A stretch of 63,947 bases of DNA, the filler included, from Malassezia furfur (taxonomy: Eukaryota), in assembly GCA_052055015.1 (NCBI GenBank). It is 6 parts of 6 records of this genome, joined end to end, with 100 filler letters (N's around TTAATTAATTAA, not from the genome) between each part and the next. Parts side by side here need not be neighbours in the genome. Positions count along the whole stretch, not along the records: positions 1 to 10,870 come from JBQJIT010000383.1; positions 10,971 to 21,818 come from JBQJIT010000384.1; 4 more parts are not named here. One strand, given 5' to 3'. The notes beneath the pieces were generated by a model that saw nothing but the letters and a program-made list of their open reading frames with translations, was not told where the DNA came from and did not search any database. Below are positions 1 to 11,733 of the stretch, in pieces; the stretch's first letter is position 1, and the number at the start of each line of letters is the position of its first letter. The translations under genes were made by a program, and so were the position numbers.

Positions 1-3000
1 CGGCGGGCGCGGCAGGCGTGTTGCTCCCAAACGCAAACGGCGCGGGCGACCCACTGCTCTGCGCTGGCTCGGACGCGGATGGCGCGCCGAACGAGAACGC
101 GGGCTTGGCCGTGTCGGACTTGCCGAACGAGAACGAGGTCGTGGGCGCCGGGGCGCTCGGCGGCGGCGTGCTGGCCGGCGGCGTCGCTGCGGCCCCAAAA
201 GCAAAGGGTGCTGGCGCCGCAGGCTTCGGCTCCTCCGGCTTGGGCGCACCAAACGCAACGGGCGCTGCGGGCGTCTCGGCCGGCTTGCCGAAACTGAACG
301 TGGGTTTGTCGGCGGCCGGCGGCGCAGCGCTTGGGGCGGGCTGAGAGTCGGTGGCCGGCTGTCCAAAGGCAAACTTGGGCGCGTCCGACGCAGGCTGCGA
401 TGCGGCCGGCTTGCCAAACGCAAAGGCCGGCTTGTCCGCCGCAGGCGCACTGGCATCTGCCGGCTTGCCAAATCCGAACGACGGCGCACCGCCGGCCGGC
501 TGCCCAAATGCAAACGCGGGCTTGTCGCTGGCCTTCTCAGCAGGCTGCGCCGCCGGCTTCTCTGTGGGCTTCTCGGCAGGCTGGCCAAAGCTAAACGCGG
601 GCTTGGGGGCCTCCGCCGGCTTTGATTCGCCGCCGCTCGACTGGCCAAAGGAGAAGCTCGGCTTGGGCGCCGCCTCTGCCTTTTCCGCAGGCTTCCCAAA
701 CGAGAAGGGCGCGGCCGTGGCGTTCAGGCCCGCGTTGGGGCGCTTCGCCGGTGCTTCGTCGTCGTCACGCCCGCGCTTCTTCTCGCCCTCGTCCGAGGCC
801 AGCTGCCCCAGCAAAGGCGCCGGCTTCGACTCGGACGGTGCGCCAAAGCTCGGCGTGGGCTTGGCATCTTTCGCAGGCTGCCCGAACGAAAATACAGGCG
901 CTGGGGAGGCGCTGGGTGCGGCATCGGCGGACTTGGGCGCGCCAAACGAGAACGTGGGCGCCTTGCTCTCGTCCTTGGCATCGGACGCGGGCGCCTTGGG
1001 CGCGTCCTTGGCCGACTCTGCCGGCGCCGACGGACCGTTCTCGGCCGGCTTGCTCCCGAACGAAAAGCCCGACGAAGCAGGTGCTGGCGCCGACGTCCCC
1101 GACTGGGACGTGCCAAACGAAAAGGCCGGCTTGTCGTCCTTGGGCGCAGGCAGCTCGGCCTTGGCGCCGAACGAAAAGGCAGGTTTGTCGTCCTTGGGCG
1201 CGTCCGACTTGGCGCTGCCGAACGAGAATGCCGGCTTGTCCGCCGACTTGTCCGCCGGCTTGCCAAATGCAAAGCCGCTTGACTTGTCCTTGGCACTGTC
1301 GTTGGACGCCGCGCCAAAGCCCGAGGCGAGGCCCAGGCCCGACGACGGGGTGTCAGACGCCGGCTTGCCGAACGAAAAGCCGCTCGGCTTGCTCGCCTCC
1401 GTCGGCTTCGCGCCAAAGCCCGCCGCGAGGCCCAGGCCGCTTGGCTTGGGTGCCTCGGTCGCCTTGGCGCCGAAAAAGTTGGGCACGGGCCCCTCGTTCT
1501 TCTTGGTGGAAGTCGACTCACTCTGCGACGTGGGCGGCGATGCAAAGAACGACGAGCCTCCGCTTGGCTTCGCAGCTGGCGCCGCCTCGGCAGGCTTGGC
1601 CGCGCCGAACGAGAAGCTCGGCGCGGGTGCGTCCTTAGCGCCAAACAGCGTCGCACCCGGTGCCGGTGCCTTGGCTGGCGTCGTGCTTGGTTCGGCCGGG
1701 CCGCTCAGGCGACTTAGCAGCGAGTTGTCGCCAGACGTGGGCTTCGAAAACGTGAACGTAGGTGCGGGCGCCTCGGTCTTGGGCTGCTCCGCGGCGGGTG
1801 CAGGGGCGGGCGTGGGAGCCGGCGCAGAGCTCGGCTTGGTATCCGACTTGCCGTCGCCAAACGTAAAGTGGCTTGGGAAAAGTCCTGTAGGCAGCTTGAT
1901 CTTTTCGAGTTCCTCCGACTGCGGCATGTCGTCGTCATCGTCGTCGTCGAACGCCGTGATGCGTCCTGACGGCGCGTGCCGGCGGTTCTTCTTCGGAGCG
2001 CCCTGGCGCAGCACGGAGCGTTTCCGATCGGGCTCATCGTCGGTGCGCACCGAAAAGGTATCCTTGCGCGCCGGCACCGCCGGCGCTTTGCCCGTCGCGG
2101 GCAGCTCCTCGATCTTGGGCGCACGTGCGTCCTTGGACGCCGGAGCCGGAGCCGGGGGCGCGGGCGGCTCTGCCTCAGGCTCCTCGATCGTTGGCACGTC
2201 GCGCGCCTTGGCCGTCGGCTTGCGTGGGCTCGTGGGCTTGGTTGCCTTGCCTGCACGGCGTGCCGAGCGGCGCACAGGCACCTCGGGCTCGGGCTCGGGC
2301 GCGACGAGCTCTTCTTCACGCATGGCACCTTCGTCGGAAGCGCTCTCCCCGTCGCTTGGCGCGTCGCCGAGGATCGCATGCTCGACCTCCTCTTCGTCGT
2401 GCAGCGGGTCGTATGCCTCATCGACACGCACAGAGTGGCGCAGCTTGGAGCGCATGTTGGGCTGCTGCGTAGCCTGCGAGCGACGCAGCTGCTGCGAGCG
2501 CTGCAGACTGCGCGAGTGCGGCGCGATGCTGCGTCCCGGCGAGCGTGACTGCGACGCGCTCAGCGTGCCGGTGCGCTGCGTGGGTGCGGGCAACGGCACG
2601 GAGATCAAGCTCGTCTGCCACGACGGCATCGACTGCGACCGCACGATACCCTCGCGACGTGCATCGCCGAGTGGTGTGCGCATGCTTTCGAGCGCGCGTA
2701 GAATCCGTTCCGCCTCGTTTTGCGGCGGCGGCGGGCGCGGGCGGCTGCGCTCGAGCTCGTCGGCATCGACGAAGCCCATCGCGGGGTCCCATACCATGCG
2801 CCGCTTGCGTGCCGACGGCTGCTCAGCAGGCGTTTCAACCGCGTCGGCGTCCGTATCGGGACGCGGCGGCGACCGCTTGCCAAGCACGGAGCTCTCCGAC
2901 ATAGCGAGCGATGTGGACGGCTCGTGCGCCGGTGGGCGCACCGGTTCGGGCGCCTCTGCCCGCTTCGGGAGCCACTCACGCACCGACGGCTGCGTCGAGA

Positions 3001-3514
3001 GCGACGGCGTCTGCGTCGGGCCAAGGTGCAGGGTGCTCCATGCCGAGCGCGACGAGCTCAGTCCGCTCATCGACTGGCTTGCGGGGAGCGTATCACCCCC
3101 CCGCACCGCACGCGTATGCACGGGCGTGAGCTGGGCGCGCGTACGCAGCGCACTGGGCGTAGCGGCACGCGCAAAGAGCGCCTGTCGGTCAGGCGTGTAC
3201 TGCGGCGCGGGCAACGTCGACCGCGGCACATCAAACGAGGTGCGGGCTGGCCGCGCTGAGGCACGCTCAGGCGTATGCGTGGGAGGTGCCTCGATTTTGG
3301 CGCGCTTGGGCGGTGTCGGCTCATCGTGCGTCGGCAGCAGGCCGCGGCGCGGACTCGACCAGGGCACGGCGCGCAACAATCGGCTGCCGATGCTGGAGAG
3401 GAGCCCGCTCCTTTGTGGTGTGTGTGGTTCGGGCTCGTTCTGTGTCTGCGACCCGTTGGCGAGCCACATCGAGCTGTCCGACGTCGGCGCACGGGACGGC
3501 GTCGAGCGAAACAT
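1..3514 (-). CDS. FG-repeat nucleoporin, Nup1/Nup153-like (3' end runs off window)
   Basis: Minus-strand frame from ATG 3514 (MFRSTPSRAP...) is in the same register as the many FSFG/FTFG/PAFG repeats near position 90, and I saw no stop. The 1190-aa plus-strand ORF is its antisense shadow. Confidence 0.8.
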   Translation of the reverse strand, partial: MFRSTPSRAPTSDSSMWLANGSQTQNEPEPHTPQRSGLLSSIGSRLLRAVPWSSPRRGLLPTHDEPTPPKRAKIEAPPTHTPERASARPARTSFDVPRSTLPAPQYTPDRQALFARAATPSALRTRAQLTPVHTRAVRGGDTLPASQSMSGLSSSRSAWSTLHLGPTQTPSLSTQPSVREWLPKRAEAPEPVRPPAHEPSTSLAMSESSVLGKRSPPRPDTDADAVETPAEQPSARKRRMVWDPAMGFVDADELERSRPRPPPPQNEAERILRALESMRTPLGDARREGIVRSQSMPSWQTSLISVPLPAPTQRTGTLSASQSRSPGRSIAPHSRSLQRSQQLRRSQATQQPNMRSKLRHSVRVDEAYDPLHDEEEVEHAILGDAPSDGESASDEGAMREEELVAPEPEPEVPVRRSARRAGKATKPTSPRKPTAKARDVPTIEEPEAEPPAPPAPAPASKDARAPKIEELPATGKAPAVPARKDTFSVRTDDEPDRKRSVLRQGAPKKNRRHAPSGRITAFDDDDDDDMPQSEELEKIKLPTGLFPSHFTFGDGKSDTKPSSAPAPTPAPAPAAEQPKTEAPAPTFTFSKPTSGDNSLLSRLSGPAEPSTTPAKAPAPGATLFGAKDAPAPSFSFGAAKPAEAAPAAKPSGGSSFFASPPTSQSESTSTKKNEGPVPNFFGAKATEAPKPSGLGLAAGFGAKPTEASKPSGFSFGKPASDTPSSGLGLASGFGAASNDSAKDKSSGFAFGKPADKSADKPAFSFGSAKSDAPKDDKPAFSFGAKAELPAPKDDKPAFSFGTSQSGTSAPAPASSGFSFGSKPAENGPSAPAESAKDAPKAPASDAKDESKAPTFSFGAPKSADAAPSASPAPVFSFGQPAKDAKPTPSFGAPSESKPAPLLGQLASDEGEKKRGRDDDEAPAKRPNAGLNATAAPFSFGKPAEKAEAAPKPSFSFGQSSGGESKPAEAPKPAFSFGQPAEKPTEKPAAQPAEKASDKPAFAFGQPAGGAPSFGFGKPADASAPAADKPAFAFGKPAASQPASDAPKFAFGQPATDSQPAPSAAPPAADKPTFSFGKPAETPAAPVAFGAPKPEEPKPAAPAPFAFGAAATPPASTPPPSAPAPTTSFSFGKSDTAKPAFSFGAPSASEPAQSSGSPAPFAFGSNTPAAPA

Positions 3515-3594
3515 CACCGAAGCCGCAAGCGACGTTCGTCCCAGCGGCGCCGAAAAATCACGTGCGGGCCCGAGCGCACCGACGTGGTTCCACG

Positions 3595-4030
3595 ATGACC
3601 TTCTTCGAGGTGTTTGCTGGGCTCTCGGGCGCGACGGCCGTTGTGGCGGGGTAAGTCTGAGAACACTGACGCAGTGCTTTCGGTGCACATGCGCTCAAGG
3701 ACAAGCTGAATCCGCACCGTGCGTATCGACGAGGGTAGGCGAACTAACATCGCAGAGGCGGCGTCGTGGTCGACCGCGACGCAGTACCAGCTGGTGCACT
3801 CGGTCGCGCTGCTATTTATTTCGTCGCGCGTGCCGCTTTCGGGCGCGGCATACTTTGCGAGTGCTGCGTTCGCCACGGGTATCACGCTGTTTAGTGGCTC
3901 GATCTACGGACTGTGCCTGCTGAATGCGGGCAGCCCAGTGCGCAAGGTACTGGGCCCCACCACGCCTCTTGGTGGCCTTTCGTTCATTGCAGGCTGGGTC
4001 GCACTCGCGATTGCAGCGCGGCGCTTTTAA
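3595..4030 (+). CDS. DUF423/TMEM256 family small membrane protein (introns 3651-3674, 3719-3755)
   Basis: Spliced product contains GAFGAH..., W.TATQYQLVHSVALL, FSGSIYGL and LGPTTPLGGLSFIAGW, the DUF423 signature motifs. Confidence 0.85.
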
Positions 4031-4330
4031 GGGTGCACAGGTGGGCGTGTGAACGCGCGTGGCGCGGTATTATTTTTACCGCGCACGCGCGACCGAAGTG
4101 CCAGAAAAGCGCGGTGCATGGTGCAGCTGTGCCTTTCCTGCGCGCACTTTAGCGTGTGCGCCTCGGCCACCCCTCCCCTAGAGTGCCATAGTGTGTGCAT
4201 GGTTCCTCGGTCGCGCCTGGGGCCCTGCGGCATGGCCCCTGCACCGATCCGATCGCATATCACGTGATCGACCCGGCCCTCTCCGGCGTTGGGCGCGGGC
4301 GGCTCCATCCTACGTCGATCGAAGAACGAT

Positions 4331-4591
4331 ATGTCGGGCGCAACCTGGAGGACCTACTTCTCGTATGTGGCCCCTGTGGACGTTCTCACTAACACCACAG
4401 GTACAGCCGGTACACGGCTATCGCTGCCAAGGCGACGCGCAACTCGCTGAAGGAGGCGGAGCGCGTGGCTGCTGAGCGCCGCAGTCAACAGGCCCTCCGC
4501 TACCAGACGTGGAAGAACGGCGAGGCGAGCGAGCACGTACGTGGTGCATATGCTCACACAGAACAACCTCGGCTACGGCAAGAAGAACTGA
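4331..4591 (+). CDS. ATP15: Mitochondrial F1 ATP synthase epsilon subunit (introns 4363-4400, 4537-4561)
   Basis: Spliced product MSGATWRTYFSYSRYTAIAAKATRNSLKEAERVAAERRSQQALRYQTWKNGE... matches the F1-epsilon pattern. Missed by the ORF track. Confidence 0.88.
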
Positions 4592-4690
4592 TCGTCTTTT
4601 GCTGCCTGACAGAGTCCAGTAGTTCTGCGGCAATGGTATGAACTGCTTCTATCCACACAAACGCGGCCCGAGCCCGGGGTATGCAGGCCG

Positions 4691-7600
4691 CTATGCGCCG
4701 AAAAACTCCCAATCGGCTTCGACAAACTTGAGCATGTAGTCGTCGATCGATCCCACCGGGTCGTCTTCTTCCTCCTCCGCATCCTCCGCATCCTCCGCCG
4801 CGTCGGGCGGCGCAGCGGCGCGCGGTGCGTCAGCGTGCGGAACGCTTTCGGCGGCAAAGTCGGCCTGGTCGAGCTGCATCTCCTCCTGTGCGGCGTGCGC
4901 CGCCGCGGCGTCCTCGGCGTCCTCGGCGGCCGAAAAGGCGCGGTCGATGTCGCGGCTGGACGATAGGTCGGCCGCCTCATCGCCGACGCGCACGCCGCCG
5001 AGCGAGGTGCCGTCGTCGAGCATGTCGCGCCAGTCGCTGCGCAGGAGGTGCTCGGTGGTGAACTCGCCCTGCTGGATCACCATGCTGTCCAGGCGGCGTT
5101 TTTGGTTGGCCTTGCGGAGCATGTTTTCCTCGATGGTGTGCTCGCTGACGAAGCGGTAGATGTGCACGTCGCGGGTCTGGCCGATGCGGTGCGCGCGGTC
5201 CATGCACTGCGACTCGATCGCCGCGTTCCAGTCGAGGTCGTAGAAGAGCACCGTGTCGGCGCCGACGAGGTTGATGCCCAGGCCGCCCGAGCGCGTGCTC
5301 AAAATGAAGGCCGAGATGCGTGTGTCGCGGTTGAAGCGCTCCGTGAGCACCTGCCGCTGCTCGACTTTGGTGGCACCGTCGAGGCGCAGGTAGCGGTAGC
5401 CCTGGTAGTTGAAGAATTTTTCCAAAATGTCGAGCACCTTGGTCATCTGCGTGAAGATCAGCACGCGGTGGCCATTTGGCACGAGGCGGCGCATGAGCAC
5501 GTCGAGCTGCTGCAGCTTGCCGCAGTCGTACTGAAGCAGCGAGGCGTCCGGGAACGCCACGTTCAGCTGCACCGCCGCGTGGTGCAGCGGATCGGCCGCG
5601 GGCTTCTGCCACGGCGCAAGCGCCGCTTCGTCGACGCCGGGCAGCGCCGCGCGCGCCAGGTCCGGCGCGACGGCCGGCGGCGTCGCAAACGCAAAACGCG
5701 TCAGCGTATCGGCCATCTGTGCGCTGCGCTCCGCGTACGACTGCACCGCCGCGCATAGCGGCTCACACCGGGTCCAGTAGTGCGCCGTGTCGCCCCCACA
5801 CACGTCCAGCGGCAGGAGCGGCGAACGACCCCACGACGCGGCCATGCGCAGGACGCCGCGGCCGTACACAGGCTGCGCATCGCATCGCAGGCGATTGAGG
5901 TAGGCACGGTGCCGGTCCTGCGCGGCGGCCTCGTGCGCGCGGCTCACGGCGAGCGCGTAGCGCAGGTCGTGCGCCGAGGTAGCCGACAGCGGCGGCACCG
6001 GGGCAAGCGGCGGGTGCTGTGCCATCGCGTTGGACGCCTGCAGATGGCGGTAGCGGCGGGTGGCGAGCGGCGTGAGTAGCGGCTCGCGGTGCGTGAAGCG
6101 CAAGTTGAGCAGGTCCAGATTGACCTGTTCGTCGGCGTCCTGGAGCAGGCGGCGGCGCGCGAGCAAATCCTTGATTTCGTAGTCGGCCGCCACTGAGCGG
6201 CTCTGGGCAAAGGCGGTGACGGTCGGGCGCGGCTCGAACAGGTCGGGGTGGTTGCACACCTTGCGCAGCTGCATCAGGCAGTTGATGATGCTCATGTAGT
6301 TGCCGCTCGCCAGGCTCTCGCGCGTCTTGGCACGCGACATGAAGTCGTTGTACAGGAAGCGCTGGCGCTTCGATAAGCGGCACGGCAGCACATGCTCAAA
6401 CTTCTTCGGCATCTCCCGCTCGACGTCCGACTTGAGCCGGCGCAGGACATAGGGGCGGAGCACCGTGTGCAGCTTGGCGACCGTCGCGCGCGTCTCTTCG
6501 TCCATCGACTCGCCGCTCTCGGCCGCGCGGCCGAGCGGCTGGGAGAACCAATCCTGGAAGTCTTTCATGTTGGAGAACGCGCCGCTGGCTGCGGCAACCT
6601 CGGCGATGCCCTGCGGCATGAGGAAGTACATCAGGCTCCACAGATCCATCAGGTTGTTCTGCAGCGGCGTGCCGGTAAGCAGCAACCGCCGCTGCGTGTT
6701 GAAGCCGAGCAGCGTCTGCCAGCGCTGCGAGCGGAAGTTTTTGATGTTGTGCGCCTCATCGAGCACGAGATACATCCACGGCTTGCGCCGGAAGATGTGT
6801 TGGTCGGCCAGCACCAGCTGGTACGACGTGATGCACACGTGGAAGCTGTTCTCCGTGTTCCACCCGACGCGCTTCGCCTTGCGCTGCTTCTGCGTGCCGT
6901 AGTACGACAGAATTTTGAAGCCCGGCAGAAACTTTTTGAACTCCATCTCCCAGTTGAGCATCACACTCGTCGGCGCCACAATCAAGTGCGGACCCCAAAT
7001 CCCGCGGTCGCACGCGAGGTGCGCCAGCAGCGCGATTGTCTGGATCGTCTTTCCGAGACCCATCTCATCGGCGAGGATGCCATTGACATTGTTGTTGTAC
7101 AGGCTCACGAGCCATTCCAAGCCACGCTGCTGGTACGGCCGCAGCGTACCGCGCAGCAGGAAGGGCGTACGCACGAGCGGCAACGTCGCGTCTTTTTGCG
7201 CGGCCGCCGATGCGGGCGACAGCGGCGTCGCGTCGTCGAGCGCGGCCTTTTTGTTCTCGGCACGGTACGCTTCGATGTCCTCGGCGATTTCGGCCTCGAT
7301 GTCGTCCGCGTCGGAGCGCGACACGGACGGAGGACGGGTGGGGGAGGCAGCAGTGACCGAAGAACGATCCTCGCCAGCGTCTTCCGCCTCCGCCTCGTCC
7401 TCCCCGTCTTCCTCGGCCTCCTCATCCTCTTCCGTCCCTGTCTCGTCCTCTTCGTCCTCTTCGTCATCGTCCTCCACATCCTCGTCGTCTTCCGCTGATT
7501 CCTCGTCGCTCGAGTCCCGCGCAAGAGGGCCGGGCGGGGGAAGCCCATCGCCATAGCCGTATTTCTTTTTTAGCTCCTCGAGCGACAGCTCCGCATCGGC

Positions 7601-9457
7601 CAACAGGTCAGCGTCCTCCGAGTCGTCTTCGACATCGTCGTCCCACATCTGCTGCTCGAGCGCCGCATCGTCCTCCTCCATGGCCTCGGCACCTGGACTC
7701 GGAGCGGCTTCACTCGCGACTACGCTCGACGCTTGAGTCTCTTGGTCGGCTCCATCCCCGTCCTCCTCTTCCTCTTCCTCTTCCTCCTCGTCTTCCTCAT
7801 CATCGTCCTCCTCCTCCTCGTCATCACTCTGACGCATCGACAGCTCGGCATGCTGCGTCTCGAGCATCTGCGTGCTCTGCTCAATGATCGCCTGCAGCTG
7901 CTTCTTGCCGAGCTTCTCACGCTCGGCCTTCTCTGTCGCCTGCTTCTGTGCACGCACGACGGTCACAGCCAGTTTCCACTGCCGCGCGACTTCACGCACG
8001 GTCCATTTCGCAAGTGCACGCTGCCGCTTTTCTTCGAGCTTTTGTGCGCGTTCATCGCTGTGCAGCGCGCGCTCCCAGTACGCGGCAATCATTCGCGATA
8101 CCTTTTTGGCGAGCTGTAGGCGTGTCTTGTGCAGCTGGTGCATCCGCCGCGCACGAACGACGACGCCGTCGAGCAGGTGGTCGTGGTGAGCCTTGGCGCG
8201 TGGCGCCTCTTGCGGCTTGAGTTTCTGGAGGGCGAGCGTGCCGCTCGGCTCGAGCGACTTTCCCTGTCGCCGGTATGCATCCCACCGCCGGTACAACTGC
8301 GCCTCCCGCGCGATGCGCTGCTCACGCGTCGCGGGCGACACCACCTCGTCGTCCCACATGGTATACGACGCAAACAGCGCCTGGAGTGACCCCCGCGGCG
8401 TAATTGGCGGCTGTGGGCGCTGCGCGGGGCTCATCAGTGGCAGCGTTGGAGGGTGCCGAGTATTTAGTTTCGCGCTCGCCAGCGGCACGAGACCAATCGT
8501 TTGCACGGGCGGCGACGCCGCACGCGCGCGGCGCTCGGGCGCGCGGCGCTTGGGCTCGGGCGCAGACGCACGGCGCGTACCCGATGTCGATGCGCTCGGT
8601 GTCGGCTCAGGCGCAAGGCCGAGCGCCTTGCGCTGCTCCTGGGCAGTCCGGCGCGTCGAGCGCGTCGCGCCGAGCGGCTTCGACTCGAGCAGCTTGGTGG
8701 CAAGGTCATAGTGTTGCTGGAACTGGCGGAACACCTCGCTTGTGTCCGCCTGCGCCACTGCTGGGTCGTAGCTCGTAAGCGTGACAAACTTGGTAAGATG
8801 GTACAGCTCGCGCACCAGCGCATCGTGCTCCTTTTGCGTGGCATCGAGGCCGTCATGCACAAGACGCGCATGGAGTGCGCGGCACCGTTCCAGACGCTGC
8901 TCGGCATCGGGTGGTGTGGGCGTGGGGGGCTGCGACGCGCGCCGCAGGTGGCGATAGGCGTCGCTTTCGAGCGCCAGGCGCGACGGTCGGTGCGTACGCG
9001 ACGAGTGCCGCACGCCGCCGGTCTCGTCCTTGGGCGTGGGGGGCGCATCCTTGGCTTCTTCGTCCATCTGGAACGCGCGGCCGGGGCTCGAAAAGCTCAA
9101 CTCGCTGTCGAGCCGCCGCCGTTTGCGCTCGGGGTCGGAAGCACGGCGTTTGGAGCGAGAAGCCGACGCCGTGGCGCGTGCGGCGACGACGTTTTGGGGC
9201 ACAGCTTCGGGTGCCGCAGCACCTGGAACATCACCTGGCGGAGCCTCGTGCTTGATGGGTGTGTTGGGCGCGCCCGCTGCGCCGTGTGCGCCGTCGTGCG
9301 GCGCAGTGTCGGTAGGCACCGGCGCCGCAGCGCCGGTAGGCGCGGGCGCGGGCGATGCCGCATCCGCTGCGCCCCTTGCTGGGGCATCTGGGTCGTGTGT
9401 ATGTGGCGTCTCTGCCGGCGCGGTGCTTGGCGCACGCGGCAAGTCGGCCTCGTCCAT
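4691..9457 (-). CDS. SWR1: SWR1 chromatin-remodelling ATPase (SNF2 family, HSA domain, split helicase)
   Basis: [32 protein letters not shown], long insertion, [10 protein letters not shown] and [16 protein letters not shown]. First ATG at 9457. Confidence 0.95.
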   Translation of the reverse strand: MDEADLPRAPSTAPAETPHTHDPDAPARGAADAASPAPAPTGAAAPVPTDTAPHDGAHGAAGAPNTPIKHEAPPGDVPGAAAPEAVPQNVVAARATASASRSKRRASDPERKRRRLDSELSFSSPGRAFQMDEEAKDAPPTPKDETGGVRHSSRTHRPSRLALESDAYRHLRRASQPPTPTPPDAEQRLERCRALHARLVHDGLDATQKEHDALVRELYHLTKFVTLTSYDPAVAQADTSEVFRQFQQHYDLATKLLESKPLGATRSTRRTAQEQRKALGLAPEPTPSASTSGTRRASAPEPKRRAPERRARAASPPVQTIGLVPLASAKLNTRHPPTLPLMSPAQRPQPPITPRGSLQALFASYTMWDDEVVSPATREQRIAREAQLYRRWDAYRRQGKSLEPSGTLALQKLKPQEAPRAKAHHDHLLDGVVVRARRMHQLHKTRLQLAKKVSRMIAAYWERALHSDERAQKLEEKRQRALAKWTVREVARQWKLAVTVVRAQKQATEKAEREKLGKKQLQAIIEQSTQMLETQHAELSMRQSDDEEEEDDDEEDEEEEEEEEEDGDGADQETQASSVVASEAAPSPGAEAMEEDDAALEQQMWDDDVEDDSEDADLLADAELSLEELKKKYGYGDGLPPPGPLARDSSDEESAEDDEDVEDDDEEDEEDETGTEEDEEAEEDGEDEAEAEDAGEDRSSVTAASPTRPPSVSRSDADDIEAEIAEDIEAYRAENKKAALDDATPLSPASAAAQKDATLPLVRTPFLLRGTLRPYQQRGLEWLVSLYNNNVNGILADEMGLGKTIQTIALLAHLACDRGIWGPHLIVAPTSVMLNWEMEFKKFLPGFKILSYYGTQKQRKAKRVGWNTENSFHVCITSYQLVLADQHIFRRKPWMYLVLDEAHNIKNFRSQRWQTLLGFNTQRRLLLTGTPLQNNLMDLWSLMYFLMPQGIAEVAAASGAFSNMKDFQDWFSQPLGRAAESGESMDEETRATVAKLHTVLRPYVLRRLKSDVEREMPKKFEHVLPCRLSKRQRFLYNDFMSRAKTRESLASGNYMSIINCLMQLRKVCNHPDLFEPRPTVTAFAQSRSVAADYEIKDLLARRRLLQDADEQVNLDLLNLRFTHREPLLTPLATRRYRHLQASNAMAQHPPLAPVPPLSATSAHDLRYALAVSRAHEAAAQDRHRAYLNRLRCDAQPVYGRGVLRMAASWGRSPLLPLDVCGGDTAHYWTRCEPLCAAVQSYAERSAQMADTLTRFAFATPPAVAPDLARAALPGVDEAALAPWQKPAADPLHHAAVQLNVAFPDASLLQYDCGKLQQLDVLMRRLVPNGHRVLIFTQMTKVLDILEKFFNYQGYRYLRLDGATKVEQRQVLTERFNRDTRISAFILSTRSGGLGINLVGADTVLFYDLDWNAAIESQCMDRAHRIGQTRDVHIYRFVSEHTIEENMLRKANQKRRLDSMVIQQGEFTTEHLLRSDWRDMLDDGTSLGGVRVGDEAADLSSSRDIDRAFSAAEDAEDAAAAHAAQEEMQLDQADFAAESVPHADAPRAAAPPDAAEDAEDAEEEEDDPVGSIDDYMLKFVEADWEFFGA

Positions 9458-9573
9458 GTACGTACGCCGCGTCGCGGCGGAAGGCAGCGTGGTGCGGACC
9501 CGCCGCGCACGTGTTCGCGGCACGGCGCGCGGCCTGCCAGGCTCCCTCCACCTCGGCGAGCGGGGGGGCGACG

Positions 9574-10173
9574 ATGGGTGTCGCGTTCAGCCGGCTATGG
9601 ACTTCGTTGTTTGGGCAGCAGGAGCTCAAGATTTGTATTTTGGGGTACGTTCCGTCACTCACAACAGACTGGATAATGCGGGAAAGACAACGCTGATGTA
9701 CAAAATGACCCTCGGGTCGGTCGTTGCGACTGCGCCGACCATCGGGTCGAACACCGAGACGTTCGAATACAAAAACCTCAAGTTCCTTCTGTGGGACGTC
9801 GGCGGGCAGACGTCACTGCGGTCCAGCTGGGTACAATACCTCACGGCAACCGACGCGGTATGTCGGACGCACACTGACCCAGCTCATCTACGTCGTCGAT
9901 AGCAACGACCGCGACCGCGTCGCGCTCGCGCGCACCGAGTTGCACCGCATAGCCGCCGAGGAGAATGTGGCGCGCGCTCCAATCCTGGTGTGGGCGAACA
10001 AGCAAGACGTCAAAGGCGCGATGAATGCGTCTGAGATCTCCGACGCGCTCAACCTCGCCGCCTTCCGCGACCGCACGTGGCAAATCTTTGGGTGCTCGGC
10101 GCTGACAGGCAAGGGCCTCACGCCTGGTCTCGACTGGCTCGCCACGACACTCGCGAAAAAGAACAGCTCATAG
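9574..10173 (+). CDS. ARF-like small GTPase, ARL5-like (introns 9645-9667, 9858-9882)
   Basis: MG N-terminus, [28 protein letters not shown] and ANKQD. PTIGSN and SLRSSW are ARL5-type features. Confidence 0.85.
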
Positions 10174-10179
10174 TTTGTA

Positions 10180-10870
10180 CTACAATCCCTGTGACCGTAG
10201 ATCACGCTCGTGCCGCGTCGTGTCCTCGTTGGCGAGATGCCTGGGTGAGTCGAGAGCGTACGTACGTCCACTTGCTCCGGCTGCGCTTCCCAAAGTCGCG
10301 GACCTGCATAATCTTGGGCAGCGCCGCCTTGTTTACCGCACTCTCGGTCTGCTGCGTGTAGTCGCGCTGGAGAATGTCCATGTCCTGGTAGAACGCGCCC
10401 TTGTGATGGTACTTTTGCAGGAAGCCCTGACTGCCCCGCTGCTTCTCCTGGCGCGTCTGCCGTGCGTATGCCAGATCCTCCTTGAGGCGCTGCGCCTCAG
10501 GCAGTGCACGGCGTCGCTCAACCTCTTCGCGCTCCTCGCGCTGCTGCCGTTCCTGCGTCTGGAGCCGCTGGATGCGCGCCAGCTCACGAAGGCGCCATGC
10601 AGCAAACTCGCCGTCGGGATCGACGTCGTCCGTGTCGTCGATCTCGTGCGTGGTCTCTTCGTGCTTCTTCTCACGCAGGTCGCGTTGCACACGTTCGGCC
10701 GCGAGATCGTGCGCAGCCTTACGCTGCGCGTCACGCTCCGTGTCGTGCGAGTGCGTTGTGGTATGAAGAGAGGGCTCAGCAGCCGCAGCGCGGTCGCGTC
10801 TGGGTCAGTGCACCCACGTACTTGGATACAAATACAGGTTTGAGCATCACGGGCTCCGGCTCCGACTCGC
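10180..10870 (-). CDS. MFAP1/Spp381-like spliceosomal protein, 3' part (introns 10800-10821, 10241-10265)
   Basis: LKPVFVSKRDR, AWRLRELARI, FLQKYHHKGAFYQD and LPKIMQVRDFGKRSRSKWTHL. Truncated by contig end. Confidence 0.88.
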
Positions 10871-10970
10871 NNNNNNNNNNNNNNNNNNNNNNNNNNNNNN
10901 NNNNNNNNNNNNNNTTAATTAATTAANNNNNNNNNNNNNNNNNNNNNNNNNNNNNNNNNNNNNNNNNNNN
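10871..10970. other. Artificial contig spacer (44 N + TTAATTAATTAA + 44 N)
   Basis: Identical 100-nt structure recurs five times in the window. Confidence 0.98.
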
Positions 10971-11733
10971 TACGCGCACTTCTCTGCGGACTTTGACGCG
11001 CTCTGCCAGACGCTCGTGCACGTCCGGCGCCGCCCGTGCCCGCGACGGCACGCACGGCGCTGCGCGCGTGTGCGCTGGCCTCGGCGCTCGTCACCGCCGT
11101 GCAGGTCGGCGCGCTCGAGGTGAGCCACAGCGTCGCGGTGCTGCACTTCTACGCGCACTTCTCTGCGGACTTTGACGCGCTCTGCCAGACGCTCGTGCAC
11201 GTCCTGCGCGACGACGCGCTGCACGCAGGACGCGCGTGGGCGGTGTGCGCGACGATCCTCGATGCGCTCCGGCAGAGCTGCGCAGCCTACCTGCGCGACG
11301 GCGACGAGCGCAACGAGGCGCACTTTGTCGCGCTCGCGCGGCAGCTCGCCAACGCCACCATGCTCCGCGGGCCGGGCTTCGCGGTGGCGCACGCGATCGA
11401 CGCCGACGCGATGCGCACGCTCCACGTCGCGGGCGCCCAGCAGGTGCTCGCCTGGCACGCCGCGCCGCCGCACACGGGCCACGTCGCCACCTTCTTCCGG
11501 GGGCTCGCGCAGCTCCTCGGCACGGTGTCGCCGGCCGGTGCGATGCAGATGTACGTCGCGCCTACTGACCCAGCCACGCCGCACTGCAGCAGCGCTTCGC
11601 GGCCGCGCACGTCGACCCGGCCGCAGACGCACGTGCGTGGGACGCGTACTTTGCGTACGAAAAGCGGCTCCTGAACCTTGCTGCGCGCGACGCGCACCTG
11701 GTGCAGGAGGCACAGCACTACGATGCTTCATAG
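10971..11733 (+). CDS. SCC3: Cohesin subunit Scc3/STAG, C-terminal fragment (intron 11551-11573)
   Basis: GALEVSHSVAVLHFYAHFSADFDALCQTLVHVLRDD and AWDAYFAYEKRLL resemble basidiomycete Scc3 C-termini (from memory). 5' partial. Confidence 0.6.

Noticed and set aside
351..3923. 1190-aa plus-strand ORF
   Set aside because: Antisense shadow of the FG nucleoporin. Its PNEK repeats are the reverse complement of FSFG.
10971..11204. 55-bp perfect direct repeat (10971-11025 = 11150-11204)
   Set aside because: One copy is the extreme contig end, so it is most likely a misassembly or chimeric read.
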